Origin: Takakia lepidozioides
Lineage: Eukaryota; Plantae; Bryophyta
DNA length: 64,000 nucleotides
Assembly: GCA_030704615.1 (NCBI GenBank)
Contig: CM060731.1
Coordinates: 37,014,001 to 37,078,000, forward strand
Direction of reading: 5' to 3'
The notes beneath the pieces are model-generated. The model ran no database searches, was not told the origin of the DNA, and saw only the letters and a program-made list of their open reading frames with translations. This document shows, one piece after another, positions 11,099 through 26,228 of the stretch; position 1 is the stretch's first letter; the number at the start of each line of letters is the position of its first letter. The translations under genes were made by a program, and so were the position numbers.

Positions 11099-13085
11099 AT
11101 GACTGATTGTTCTGAGCGGGCTGAGTGCTTAGAGATATCCAACTATTCTATCTTGGAGTTTCCACCTCGGATAGCGAAGGGATGGGTGAGTAAAAGCCGC
11201 TCGACATTTGGCGACCATACTGGGGAACTCGGTCATGAACAACCAGATGTGACAGGCATCTGGTGGGATCACGGTGGTTGGAGAATTAAAGAATTTGATG
11301 TGAATCAAATTCCTTATGAAACTGAGAAGGAAAGATTGTCCAAACAATTCTTTTAGAGGTTCTTGGAATTGCCAGACGGTTGTAAAGAAAACATTCTTAA
11401 GAGAGTGCATGATGCTGACCCTGAGTGGGGTCTGGAGAAAGGAGTGATAAAGATTTATTAGGTGGCCTGTAGAGGAAGAGCATGTTGGTTACCAACACTG
11501 GTTTATATGATAGCATTGCTATCCATTAAGCGAGTAAAGTTTGAAGGCTGGGAGGAAAGGAAGGTGAATGTTTATACTCATATGCATGAGGAGCTTGTTC
11601 TGGTAAAGAATTGGATTCCAAAGGATATTTTGTGGATCAAACTCACACCAAGAACAGCTTTCCAGACTTGTTTGCCATATGGTTATATGGTAACGGAGAC
11701 TTCTAGTATAGCCAAGGGTGCATTGAAGCTTGAAAGAAACCCAGGCATATACGAGAGATACTACAGAAGAGAGTTTTGGTTATTGCCACATTAAAGAAAT
11801 GAAAGACATGGGACATGAGTGATGAAAGAGAAGCTAGACTCCAGAGATATTGAGCAAAAAGAGAAAGCTATCTGAAGCTAATTATCCATATCTTTGGGAG
11901 AGAGACATAGACATAGGGGAATCATCTAGACCTCTCACACCATTAAGATCAGGGAGTACATCATCCATACCGGAAGAACTAGAGTTGGATGCCACTCCTC
12001 CTTTTTCTTTGCAAGAAAGATTAAGGGAAGGAAGAAGATCAACCACGAGGTGAAAGATCTGAGGTACATCCATGGATAAAAGATTTGACAGAAATCTTTG
12101 ATAAGAGTTGGCATAGAACACCAAAAGCAGGAACGCCAGTTTCTGAGACGGAAGACGAAGAAGGAAGAGAGGATGTGGCAGAGCCAACGGAGAGTTCAGA
12201 CTCTCCAACACCATTGCAGTTGAGTTACATGAGTGAAGAAGAAACCCAAGGGCAGAACTTGGAGGATGAAAACAAAGAGAAGAAATTGGAAGAAGAAGAG
12301 TATGAAGAAGTAGATCCAACAGCTGAGGTTGAGACTACAACCAGGACATCCCAACCCGTTGGACCTGGATCAAGTGGAGCACTTGGATCACAGGCCAACG
12401 AAGGTGTCGGCTCAGGGGGATCAGACGGGCAGCCTGGATCTGGCTCTGGGGGGACAGGGAGTGTGGGAAGTAGTGCAACTGGAGCTGGGAATACTGTGAA
12501 TATAGTGGGGCCAGTAGCAGGGAGTGCTCAAGGGCCAGCACTTGGTGGAAGTTCCACCACAACTACAACAGGTCCTCAAGGACCAGCACCAGCAAGGGGG
12601 CCAGCATCTGTCAGTGGGCAGAAGGTAGGGCCACAGATGGCGTTACAACCAACACGAGCAAAACCACCTTTTCCAATATATTCAGGAAAAGGGGATCCTG
12701 ATGTACACATTAGCCAATTTGAGCACATGTGTATTGTGAACAATGAGAATGGCGATGATGCCAAGATGAGACTGTTTCCTTGTTCACTTATAAAGAAAGC
12801 AAGTGAATGGTATGCAAGATTCCCTGATAATCATTTCCTAACCTGGAATGGCTTGAATACAACATTCCGAAATAGGTTCAGGACAAGTAAAACTGAGGAT
12901 GAAGTGTATGGAAGTTTACAACAGTTAAAGCAAAAGAAGCATGAAACTGTTGAGGAGTATATGGAAAAGATGGAATTGATGATGAAAAAGCTGGCTGCTG
13001 TACCAGCACCAGGTTTACAGAAGACTTGGTTTGTGAGTGGACTAAGACCAGAGTTGCAAAAGAAAGTGGATATGTTACCCCATGA
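11099..13085 (+). pseudogene. Gypsy (non-chromovirus-like) gag with long upstream coding region, 3'-truncated
   Basis: Retrotrans_gag motifs PIYSGKGDPDVHI, LFPCSLIKKASEWY, LKQKKHETVEEY and WFVSGLRPEL in ORF 12085-13323; upstream stop/frameshift-interrupted ORFs 11099-12053; composition changes abruptly at ~13085. Confidence 0.85.
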
Positions 13086-13324
13086 TATTAATCAAACCCA
13101 TTTTTTTTCATGGATTATATGTACGAGTGCACATGACATGGAAATTTCAACATACGCCTTCATGAGATTGGCGAGTTCGAGGATTGATGGACTTACCGAG
13201 GAACAAATTGAGGTTTCCAAAGCAGATAAGTATGTGAAGTATGTTAAGTATGATCTCTCCTTCTTTGATTTCTGTCCTTCGCGCCTTCAATCTTCTTTGT
13301 GTTTGTGCCCTTCTTTTTCTTAAT

Positions 13325-13623
13325 ATGGGTTCAGTCAAGAGGATCATTGATCTTGGGCTAATCGGCACAGTGCTGCTGTTGACGATGGTGGTTAGCTTGG
13401 CGCATGCAACAAAATGTAGTGACGCGGTGCAAACCTTGGAACCTTATAGACTTCTTGCAATACTCGTCGCCTCCTGCGCCCATAGTTGTTATGATCACAT
13501 ATGCCTCATGTTTGTGCTTTGTTATCACATCCTATGCTAGCGTTTCGGGAGTTAACTTTCAGTCAGGTCTCATGCTTCCCAAGAAATGCAATCGCGCCGT
13601 CCTTGCAGGCTCTACGTGTGATG
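13325..13623 (+). pseudogene. Non-specific lipid transfer protein (type D/G) pseudogene, copy 1
   Basis: Signal peptide MGSVKRIIDLGLIGTVLLLTMVVSLAHA, 8-Cys remnants (C, CLC, LPKKC, TC), GT donor 4 nt after the last Cys codon; frameshift and loss of the CC pair. Confidence 0.85.
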
Positions 13624-13674
13624 GTGGGTTTTATTTGTCCAAAGTTTTTCCTAGATCTTTAGGAGGTGTTTTCT

Positions 13675-13988
13675 TCGCACGTAAAGCTTGCAGGGACGGC
13701 ACGATTGTATTTCTTGGGAAGCAGGAGACCTGATTGAAAGTTAACTCCCGAAACGCTAGTATGGGACATGATGACAAAATACAAACATGAGGCATCTGTG
13801 ATCATAACAACCTCACAACATGCATCTATGGGCGCAGGAGGCGAGGAGCCTAATATTACAGGAAGACGAGGTTCCAAGGTTTGCACTGCGTCACTATAAT
13901 CCGTTGCATGCGCCAAGCTAACCACCATAGCCAACAACAACATTGTGCCGATTAGCCCAAGATCAATGATCCTCTTGACTGAATCCAG
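13675..13988 (-). pseudogene. nsLTP pseudogene, copy 2 (inverted)
   Basis: Open frame but ATG>CTG and four Cys replaced (DYSD, EPRL, CLY, KKYN); CC retained. Confidence 0.85.
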
Positions 13989-14143
13989 TTTAGAAAAAAA
14001 ATAGCACAAACACAAAGAAGATTGAAGGTGCAAAGGACATAATTTAATCATAGAGGGAGAGATCAGACTTAGAAGGTTTGGAGAAGAGATTGAGAATAGT
14101 CAAATTAGCAGCTTATATGGTGCACGAGACTCTATGTTTGGAA

Positions 14144-14400
14144 ATGCTATCAACTAAAGTACTTAAAAGTAATCTTTAATCTTTTTAACTTTCCTTAGTT
14201 TCGACCTTCTTTTGTGATATATTTAAGTAACCTCGGAATGGAAAATTAAAAAGATAGAAAGATCGTTAAATGTGTTGAAAATTCAAAAAACACTAGTAGC
14301 TAAAAGCAATCTCAAAATAGATTTGTTTTTTTTTACCTTCTTTTGTAATACATTTTACAAAACCTCATAAGTTACTTTTAAGTACTTTAAGACATAGCAT
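14144..14400. repeat. 29-bp inverted repeat pair between the divergent nsLTP copies 2 and 3
   Basis: ATGCTATcaacTAAAGTACTTAAAAGTAA (14144-14172) versus reverse complement of 14372-14400; TATA-like CTATATAATAAA at ~14407. Confidence 0.75.
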
Positions 14401-14560
14401 ATGCCCCTATATAATAAACGCATACATGCATATGATCACTCACAAATTCAGTATTCTAATTTTCTAGTTCTCCATATCACTTTCTAGCTCTCCACCTCTT
14501 TGTCTTGCATCCTTCTCAGTTGTTCTAATTCTCCTTTGTATTTGTGTTTTCTTTGTCAAT

Positions 14561-15217
14561 ATGGGTTCAATCAAGAAGATCATTGATCATGTGTAAGCAA
14601 CTGCAGGATGATGGCGGCCATCATCCATGCGGGAGATTTCAGTGCGCTTTCATGTTTTGGGTTTGCGAAGATTGGTGCCATCTAGGGTGTTCAGCTCCGA
14701 GGATGTACCATCCGAGTATGTGGACAAGAGGGTTGAGGACCTCGCTGCTGAGGTCTCAAAGATGAAGATTCAATAGGAGAAGGCTGATTTGAGGGCTGCT
14801 GAGATGAAGCATCAATGGGAGAAGGCTGATTTGAGGGCTGCTGAGATGAAGCATCAATGGGAGAAGGCTGATTTGAGGGCTGCTGAGATGAAGATTCAAT
14901 GGGAGAAGGAAAATTTGAGGTTGGAGAGGATCGCGGCTTGCGTGGATAGGATGCTGCTGGTGGCTATGATCGCTAGCTTGATGCACACAGCGGATTGTAG
15001 TGATGCGGTGCAAACCTTGGAACCTTGTCTTCCTGCAATATTAGGCTCATCGCCTCCTGTGCCCACATATGCGTGTTGTGAGGCCGTTATGATCACAAAT
15101 GCCTCATGTGTGCTCTGTTATCACGTCCTATACTAGTGTTTCGAGAGTGAACTTTCAACCAAGTCTCCTGCTTCCCAACAAATGCAATCACGCCGTCCCT
15201 GGCAACACTACTGAAGG
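14561..15217 (+). pseudogene. nsLTP pseudogene, copy 3, with a ~357-bp insertion in the signal-peptide region
   Basis: MGSIKKIIDH, insert, then MLLVAMIASLMHTADCSDAVQTLEPCLPAILGSSPPVPTYACCEAV; 2-nt deletion at CxC and last Cys lost. Confidence 0.85.
14777..14902 (+). repeat. 3 x 42-bp tandem repeat encoding EKADLRAAEMK(H/I)QW
   Basis: Near-exact units at 14777, 14819 and 14861; 14 aa = two heptads. Confidence 0.95.
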
Positions 15218-15399
15218 TTTCGCCTCGCTGAATTGGCGCAGATGTACCGTACAAATGCACTAGTCCTCTATACCCGCTTATGGTTTTATTCCGTTTTGGA
15301 AAACATATAACTCATATGACGAGGTTACAAAACAAAAAACTCCCATGGCTGTGGGTTGTGCTCACGTGGTGCTCACAGGATACCAACCAATGTTGGTCT

Positions 15400-15865
15400 G
15401 GTATTAGGTTTAGGACATACCAGACTGGTCTTGGTACCAGCCCCATCACAAAACTTCCATACCAGTCTGGTCTATATAATGGTGGATGTATTTTTTTTCC
15501 AGATACTGGTATGAGTATGAGTATCATGACCACAATACCAGCTGGTATGGGTATCAATTCTGGTATCGTTCCAAAGCCATCTTGACTTACAAGTTTATCA
15601 TATATCAAGTGAAAACAAATACAATAAACATAAAGTAAATATAAATAAGTACATGTATGTACACATAAATTAGTATAGTACACATACCAAAGTAAATGAG
15701 GAAGAAGGGGGGGGGGGGCTCCTATTGTGGCTGATATGATACCAGGCTGATATACCAGCCTGGTCCGGTATATGACCTGGTATGTAAAACTTAAAGACCA
15801 GGCTGGTCTGGTCCCTGATACCAGGGTTGATACTTGGGTCTGATACCCATACCAGGCGACCCCAA
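15400..15865. mobile_element. Non-autonomous DNA-transposon-like remnant rich in ATACCAG/CTGGTAT motifs
   Basis: Dense motif copies in both orientations around an AT-rich core; no TIR/TSD pair established. Confidence 0.45.
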
Positions 15866-17529
15866 GTCACGAGGCGGGTAGGCCGAATGGAGGGTACCCA
15901 GATCCTGAAAGAGTCTCAAGAGAGACCCTTCTCCTGCGTAAAGAACCATGATACTTTGAGTACCTTCTGAGCTTTGTAAGGCATTTTGCCAGCGTGGCAA
16001 GGACCTTCAGGGGGCCGGAAGGTACAGTGCAATCTTCTGCCCTATAAACGACCTAAAAATGAACTAAGAAAAATATCATGGTTCTTTCCGGCGTGGTAGG
16101 AGGAGATCAAGCACAACTGTGTCATGGATTAGGTTAGTAGGCGCAGGTTAGCGGCTAAGCAAGGCTGGAAATATGAAGTCATATTGCAAGCTGAAGAGGA
16201 CTTATGACTAAGCAGGAGAAGGGAACAGTCACCAAGGGTTAGGCCTTAGGGTAGCAAGCAAGGGGGAGAATCCTCGGGGAGTATTTAGGAGGACCTGGTG
16301 TGGGAGACAGATGCTTGTCTTGGAGGTGCAAGGCTGAGAACAAAGTAGAGAGTTGGACTTAGTGAACACTCCCTAGCAATGGCAAGTAGAGGACTCTAGG
16401 TTGGGTGGTTAACTTGCTCATACACGTTAATGTGGAGACCGCTTTACTACAATGAGACAGGACTGTGACAACTGGTTGATGATGGCAAGGCATGGCCATA
16501 TTCATATGACCATAGTTTGAAAGAGGGGAAGATGGGGGAGAAACACAGACATTTAAAGAGCACTGGCCTAGTGTGTCCATGTGAAACTGGGGCCATAAGG
16601 TTGGCTGGCTAAGGTAGATTCAGTTCTCTCCAGGAGAAGAGAACATCATTGCAGTAGGACAACTTTAGGACCACTCTTGCATATATGTTAGTGCCATTCA
16701 ATTCCAATGCAAAGATGTGATAAAAACTTGAGAAACCCCTTCCACATTGGCTACTTCAGATGACCATTCTTGCAGTTCAGGACAAGAAGAAGTGATGGCA
16801 CGAGTATCTCTGGAGGGAAAAAAGGAGAAGGATTTGCAAGATGTGGGATATACATCCGTGCACTCCATCCTATTCACACTTCTAACTTGTACTGCATCCT
16901 TCACTAGTTCCTATTTTGTGATGCCTCCAAAAATTGAACTGCTAGCTTCAAAAGCATTGCAACACAACTTACCCAAAGGAAGCTGTCACTTCAACAGCCC
17001 TTACATCTCGTACTTTCTTGCACTGCCAAGGTGAGGTCAAGATAGCCACTTATGTAGGGAAACAATAACAGAGTAACAAGTCCACACAAAGATTTAATGT
17101 TAACCCGAACAGACTGTTAACCCATTCTAAGTTAAAGCTTTACTACAATGTGTTAGTGCAACAGAGCAAGATTTTAGAGGGATGATAGCCACAGGATTGG
17201 CGTAAATAAACTGTTTCCTTGTGGGTGAGGCTCAACACTGTGTTGTTCAATAATCAATATCATCATGTATAGCAGTGACAAGCTGCCACTACTCCCCACC
17301 AACCTCGTCAACTCACGACAGTGGCTACAGGTCATAAAACTCTGCTGAAATTCATGGACATATCGTTATAGAAATCTTCATACTGAGTTTCTGCCACTTC
17401 TCTGGAAATAACGCCAGCACTCTCATAGGTAATCAAAACAGTCAGCATCTTCACTCAAGGATAACACTTTCATGACGTAGGAGTAGGAACTGACATTTCA
17501 GTTCTCAAGTACAAGACGCACAGACCCAA

Positions 17530-18129
17530 CTAACGCCGTTCAACAGCTCGTTCTACAGACTTGCAGGCATCCTTCAATCGGAATATCAAGTCTTGTAGCT
17601 GTTCCACGCTACATGCAAATTCAACTTTTCCATCCCCACCTTCTTCTGTCGTTTTAGTCTTGAAGGACACATGATACACATGCTGTCTTGCAGCCCGATC
17701 TTCAGAGGTAGGTACAAAGTAATCAAGCCTCCAATCTACTCCAGAAAGTTGGGGAAGGGAACTATGATTGCCACTACGGGTGAGAAGCCCTCTCAAATCC
17801 TTCTTTCTCTCTAAAAACACACGACACAACAGCTCCCCCTTGTCTTCCGAAAAACCACACTCGTTTCTTAAGAAAGACAGAAATTCTTTATGAGACAGAT
17901 CATACTTAGCAGCTTCCACGAAGAGACACACCAAAGACGAATACATCTTCTTAATCAGATCTACATCCATTTCTTCAAACAGCTGACCAACAAGAGCTGT
18001 ATCTTCTCTCTCAAGACCTAATAATACATACAACGCAGCCTGCGCTAGAGCTTCTAACTCCACATCCTTGAGATCCTTTCCAGCTGAAAAACCCTCCAAT
18101 GCCTCTTCTCCAATCTCCATTGAAGCCAT
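17530..18129 (-). CDS. COMMD3: COMM domain-containing protein 3 (Commander/CCC complex subunit), intronless, 199 aa
   Basis: LPQLSGVDWRLDY...FACSVEQLQDLIFRLKDACKSVERA matches the COMMD3 C-terminus (LPHITDVSWRLEY...FSCSMEQLQDLVGKLKDASKSLERA); first ATG at 18129. Confidence 0.9.
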   Translation of the reverse strand: MASMEIGEEALEGFSAGKDLKDVELEALAQAALYVLLGLEREDTALVGQLFEEMDVDLIKKMYSSLVCLFVEAAKYDLSHKEFLSFLRNECGFSEDKGELLCRVFLERKKDLRGLLTRSGNHSSLPQLSGVDWRLDYFVPTSEDRAARQHVYHVSFKTKTTEEGGDGKVEFACSVEQLQDLIFRLKDACKSVERAVERR

Positions 18130-18547
18130 AGCATCATCCACGAGAACAGATCGCTTCTGCCTCGGATCGCACTGTCATATCCTGCATCTTCTTCTCTCTC
18201 AAAAGTGGAATCTTGAACGAAGCCCCACACTATTGGATGGATGCTTAAACCGAGCATTCATTACACGAGCAAACTTTGGATGAGAAATGCTGCAACTATG
18301 CACTGATTGGATGGATGTTTGATCCCCGCACGCATGATGTTCATCTACTGGATGACATACAGTAACTGACGCAGAGCTTCGCAGGGTTTTAATCCTCTTC
18401 TTTTTCTGCGCTGTCTTCGGCTGTGTGTGCTTGTCTGAACATCTGCCAGATCTGTTCTTTCGCTGTCGCCCACAACTGTAAAAGAGTGTCTGAGGGTCGA
18501 TGCTTGGTGCATTGTGGTCCAGGAAGGGAAAACTGGGGAAAATCTGA

Positions 18548-21380
<2,833 letters not shown>

Positions 21381-24000
21381 ACCTGGGGTCTGGAGTGTAG
21401 ACTCTAGAGAAAATGTTTTTGATTGCAGGGCCTTCTCTCGCTTGTCGTGGATTTCTTGATTTTACGTTGTCTGGCATATTTACTCAAATGTTCCAATGGA
21501 GATGAATATTGTTTCAAGCAATTTGTGTTGTCTCTTTTTTTTTCTTAAAGCACATTGAAAAACAACAATAGTGGACAAGTACTACACACTAGTCCTTTGA
21601 AATAGCGACAGTAGCCAATGAAGCAGAGCTATTGGCAATTGCCAATAATTATTCAAGAAAGGCCCAAACACCGTATGCTTTGGTGTTGGCACCTGACAGT
21701 ATGAGCATCTGAGGTAGTCATCATACAAACATAGACCCCACTGGAGCCTTGAATCAACCCAGGGACAGCAAACCAGGCCTTCCCCATCAACTGGAAAGTA
21801 TCCCCATTGATACATAGTGCTGTCTTCTGATTCATCAAAAGCCAATCTATCAGTGGAACTGGTTTTCCTTCATGAAACCATATGCAGTGCCCAATAGTTA
21901 AGCACCACATGTCATACAGCAATGACTCAGTAATGGAAATGTGATTACACTGCATAATTGATCTGTGGTTGTGCACTCCCAAGTTCCAACTGGGCACTTG
22001 TGATCTCATTAATACAGGGCACAAACTTCAAGGATATGGGGTAGATTTCTGAACCGGAAGCAATGGACAATGGACCCCACTTTGTAAAGTGAGTGGATTA
22101 TGAAGATGCAACCCCACAAGATGGAGGGGTGCAATAATACATGAAATCCCAGAAGGGCGTCCTTGTCTCTCATGACTTGGGATTGAGAAATTGGGCCTAC
22201 TTTTCCTCACTTTTGTTAAGAGCAAAGTATGAAAGGTGTTGGGGTTGACAGTGGGCAGAGAATTCGGTGTGATGTGTGATCAAAACCGCCGACCGGAGTC
22301 GGTTGGGCCGTGTCTGAATCAGCTCCTGCTCCAAGACAAAACAGAAATTGAAATTCATGTGACACACTGGAAGGGGGCAAAGCTGGTGTTTGCCAACAGT
22401 TTTTCTTCAATTCTGGATTCGGTTTCTCTCCTTCTTTGGTTGAACTAATTATATGAGCTTGAAGCCACAAAGGTTGCCCTCGCCCATGGCTGTAAAGGGG
22501 AGTCCAAGCTCCTAAGTTGGACCAGAGCCTCGTCTTTTGTGAAATGATGCAACGATGGACAACTGGAAGGAATATTTTATCATAGTTTTGTCTACTTATA
22601 CCTGAAGGATAGAGCAGGTGCTCCAGTGCCTCAGTACTACACTTTTGTGTACTGCCCACTGGGCTCCAGCAGAGGTGCCAGTTTGCAATAAGACTCTGTC
22701 GAGAGATGGACGAGTTTCGAATGCAAATGGAGGGGACATTTCCAATAGTAGGAAAAGCTGTTATGATTTCAGGAGCTCAAGTTCAAAAGTTGACAGATTT
22801 TGTGGGCGAACATGAGTAGGTAGTAATGAGGATGCAATCGACATGTAGTACGTGGTCTATCCAATACCAACGAATCTCGTGTGGCCTGGTGAGGGTGCAC
22901 AAGCATCGAGCACAGATAAAACACCAACTCAGGAGGGTAGATCTTGTAATACTCCAAGTCGTTGTACATAACAAGAAAACTGAGTACAGGTATCAACAGG
23001 AGTTTTCTCTGAAAAGAGTATGTGCGTACTACCAGGTGTAAATCTACCTACATCCACCAAACAACGATACCTTGGTGACCTAATTCGTGTGACCTAATTT
23101 CCAAACTGTAGGGATCTTACTTGAAATAGCCCACATCCAGAGTTTCTTGCGACATCCGAGCCATGTGTCTAACTTGTCACCATGAAAATAAGGTTCTGAC
23201 ATTAGAGCAGGAGGAACACATCGGATATCATAGTATAATGGAATGCATCGATCCTTGTGGGAGGAGTCTGGTTGCCAGGATTGATGAGGTGATGAGGTTA
23301 CCTAGATGAAAAGCAATCCAGCAAGTACATCGTGTTCTCTATCTCTCTTCAATCAATTCTCAAATTCTGTCATACATATTTCTGGCCTCGGATGGGAGGG
23401 TGCAGGGGACAGCAATGGTTATGCAGCTAGTAAGTGCAGGTTATCCAGCACAGATGTGGGTGAGGGTCCACCTACCGTCATGTTAGGTGCACCAGATCCA
23501 ATTAGAGGCCCAAGCTCAGCATCTTTTATTGTGTCGAACGTTGCTGGAATAGCGTGTTGGAGACCGCAGTGCCAGCCTACCAGGGCCCACAATCGTATTA
23601 TGCAACTAAATATCTTATCTGTTATATAATACAGTTTACCCATCAGCCTAGACATCCGACTGTTAGCTATGCTCAAGTTTCTCCTAATATTTCGAAGTAA
23701 ATATTCTCCAAGGTTTTTCATTGTAGAGACTTTGTTCATAGGCATGTGAATTGTGGCAGCGGTTATCTTCAAGGAAGTTCAAGGAAGTTGTTCATTTCTA
23801 ATCTTTAAGAGTGCTTCATTTGATCTGCGGAGAGATTGTTACTGTGTGATTGTCTATGCTTGGGTTTTGGAAGTTTAGGCATGGTTATGTGACTCGGAGC
23901 CTTCACCACTACTGCTACGGAATGTTTTGTGGAGACATTTCCTCCATACTCGATCACCTGCAACAGAGAAGTCAGATAAGTACCATCGTGCATTGAGGGA

Positions 24001-24003
<3 letters not shown>

Positions 24004-24035
<32 letters not shown>
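24004..24035 (+). repeat. (CT)16 microsatellite
   Basis: Direct reading. Confidence 0.95.
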
Positions 24036-24037
<2 letters not shown>

Positions 24038-26119
24038 CTTTCATCCTTTTTGCCAGTCGGCGATTTCTGTACCTTAGAGCTCTTGTCAGTTAGCGTAACT
24101 AGCAACATTTGCAAATATTCTTATAGCCTCGTGCTTTTGGCCTTGTTTCTTCTAGTAACTGTGATCATCCTGTTACAATCCTGCAGGAATATTCCTGGCG
24201 TCCCTCTTTGTGTTGGAATGTTGGATTACCATGGAGGTTGGGTGAGCCCAACTTTATTCAGTCAGTAGGTAAGTCCAGGCCGTTACTTGGAGTGGTGGGC
24301 TTTGTGGAGGCAAATTAGGCAATGGGCTAGTGACACTGAGACAATGCATGGACACACAACCAAAGGAAGGGACCTGACAGACGTAAAGTGGGTCTCTTCC
24401 GTGAGCTTCAATTCTCCTGGACTATGGATCTATGGACCTGGGCAGGATACTAAAGCATCCCACGGGTATAATGGAAGATCACACATGTGGTTATCATTCT
24501 CACTAGGATTGACCTATATTTAGCTGACTATAGAAGATTGCAATCAAAGCCCGGGGAAGTAAAATACTCGTTTTCGCAACCTTGGGTTCAGTACCTATCA
24601 TTTACTCCACTTACATAGTGCCTTGAGTTTAAGCTTGTAGTTTAAAGTTTAAACAACCTGACTGATTTGAACGCAAATCAAGGAAGATTAGTAATAATTT
24701 GCATCCGTGGGGACTCCACAGTAAGAGAACTGTACCACTGTGGAGTTCAATCTGTCAGTGGGGCAGAAACCTTATTTGGGGTTTAGTGTATTTTGGACTA
24801 CAGTGAATCTTATATCTTGGATCTTGCAGTGCCTTTGTTCCTCCCGTCTAGTTCTATATAGTATAATCTCCACACACAATTTGTCATCACACAATGTCCG
24901 CATGTAATTGGACATCGCAGTGAAAGTCAGAGCTCTGAGCTCAGCGTACAAGGGTGATGGATATCAAAGCTCCTGCTGCCTCACAATCTCACGAACTTAC
25001 AAAAAACAATTTAACAAAACATCATGCACCCAGTTATGACACGGGACTATAATAAGCCTGGGTAAAGACAAGAGCATGGTTTGTAGTGTAGTAGTGAAGT
25101 TATGAATGCAAGCGTGCGTGCAGGGCCCACTAACACTGCCACAATCTCCGCAAACATGTTGGTCAACTTACTTATGACACTGTCTGGAACTACAGTTTAC
25201 TACATTTAGTCCGTAGTTAGACATCCTTCTATATTTAGAGATCAATGTAAAGAAACAGTACATACCTTAAGCTGCCTTCCTTTTATACTCTTAAAGCTAT
25301 AAAAAGGGAAAAACAAACCCCTCACAAATCAAGCCTCTTAATTAGACAGAGGAGAAAAAACCTCTTTCAGCACAAGGCTCATGGATGGGACTTCCTTTCC
25401 TCTCTTGTCATGGATTGTCCCTTTTTCTGGGGTAAGAGAGGAAAAAGAAGTGTACCTATGCTCGGCTACAGTCAATTAGTACTTTTTGATTTGGTGTAAA
25501 CTTGCCTGTTCTTTTTTTGGTTTTGTGATTTTGGGTTTTGCAATATGGAGGTGGAATCATAAATGTTTGTCTCAATGCACTCTTCAACTTCACTGATCTC
25601 ATCAAGTTATGTCTATCTGAATCAAAAAGGTACATTGACTACTTTTTTGTCCGACGAAGGTAGGTAGTGCCCTAGCAGGCGATGGTACTGCCCCTCGTGC
25701 TATGCTCTGCTAGCGACCATAAACCGCAGTTTCGGCGATCAGCTTTTTTGTTTTTTCCAAGGGATGCAGCAGGCTTAAGTCTTATATACCTTTCCTTCGG
25801 ACCAACAAGTTACAAAACCCACAAGAGGCTGGCCCGAAGACCTGTGGTCTGTCAGTCAGAGGGTGACAGGCCCATTATCCCCCGAGGGAGTAGGCTTTTC
25901 TCAAGCTGCTTTATAATTCCCAACGTGGGTTGCACGTGCTGCCCACGAACTCATCAGCTACCCTGTAAAATCTAGATCAAAGGAATTGTGATGTTTTCCA
26001 ACCATCTCAACAGTGCAAAGTATCAAAACAGCGAGAAAAAAAACAGCGTATCTCAAAGGTGAGCATCTTGTACATTGAAGGTGTACGAGTGCAGAGGCAT
26101 AAAGAGAAAGAATGTAAGC

Positions 26120-26228
26120 CTTATTGAAGCATCTTGAGCGCATTAGACAGAGAGTCTTACAAAGAATGAGTCTTACAAAGAATATGAGTCTTATTGAAGC
26201 ATCTTGTGCGCATAGACAGAGAGTTACA
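26120..26228 (+). repeat. Short imperfect direct duplication (~40 bp x2) upstream of EMS1
   Basis: CTTATTGAAGCATCTTG(A/T)GCGCAT(T)AGACAGAGAGT occurs twice. Confidence 0.8.

Larger units (their letters stand above)
13245..14071. repeat. Long inverted repeat: arms 13245-13621 and 13675-14071, 53-nt loop
   Basis: Arms are reverse complements along their full length (roughly 85% by eye). Confidence 0.93.

Noticed and set aside
13085-13323. C-terminal extension of ORF 12085-13323 as a real gag fusion
   Set aside because: Chance read-through from the truncated gag into unrelated sequence and the nsLTP 5' UTR
15870-17000. Possible retroelement remnant on the minus strand
   Set aside because: Only compositional skew and a weak Cys motif; no diagnostic domain
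21580-23800. Coding-like decayed sequence, perhaps F-box/kelch-associated (GLVCC, VYVC motifs)
   Set aside because: Motifs are too short and spread over different frames to support a call
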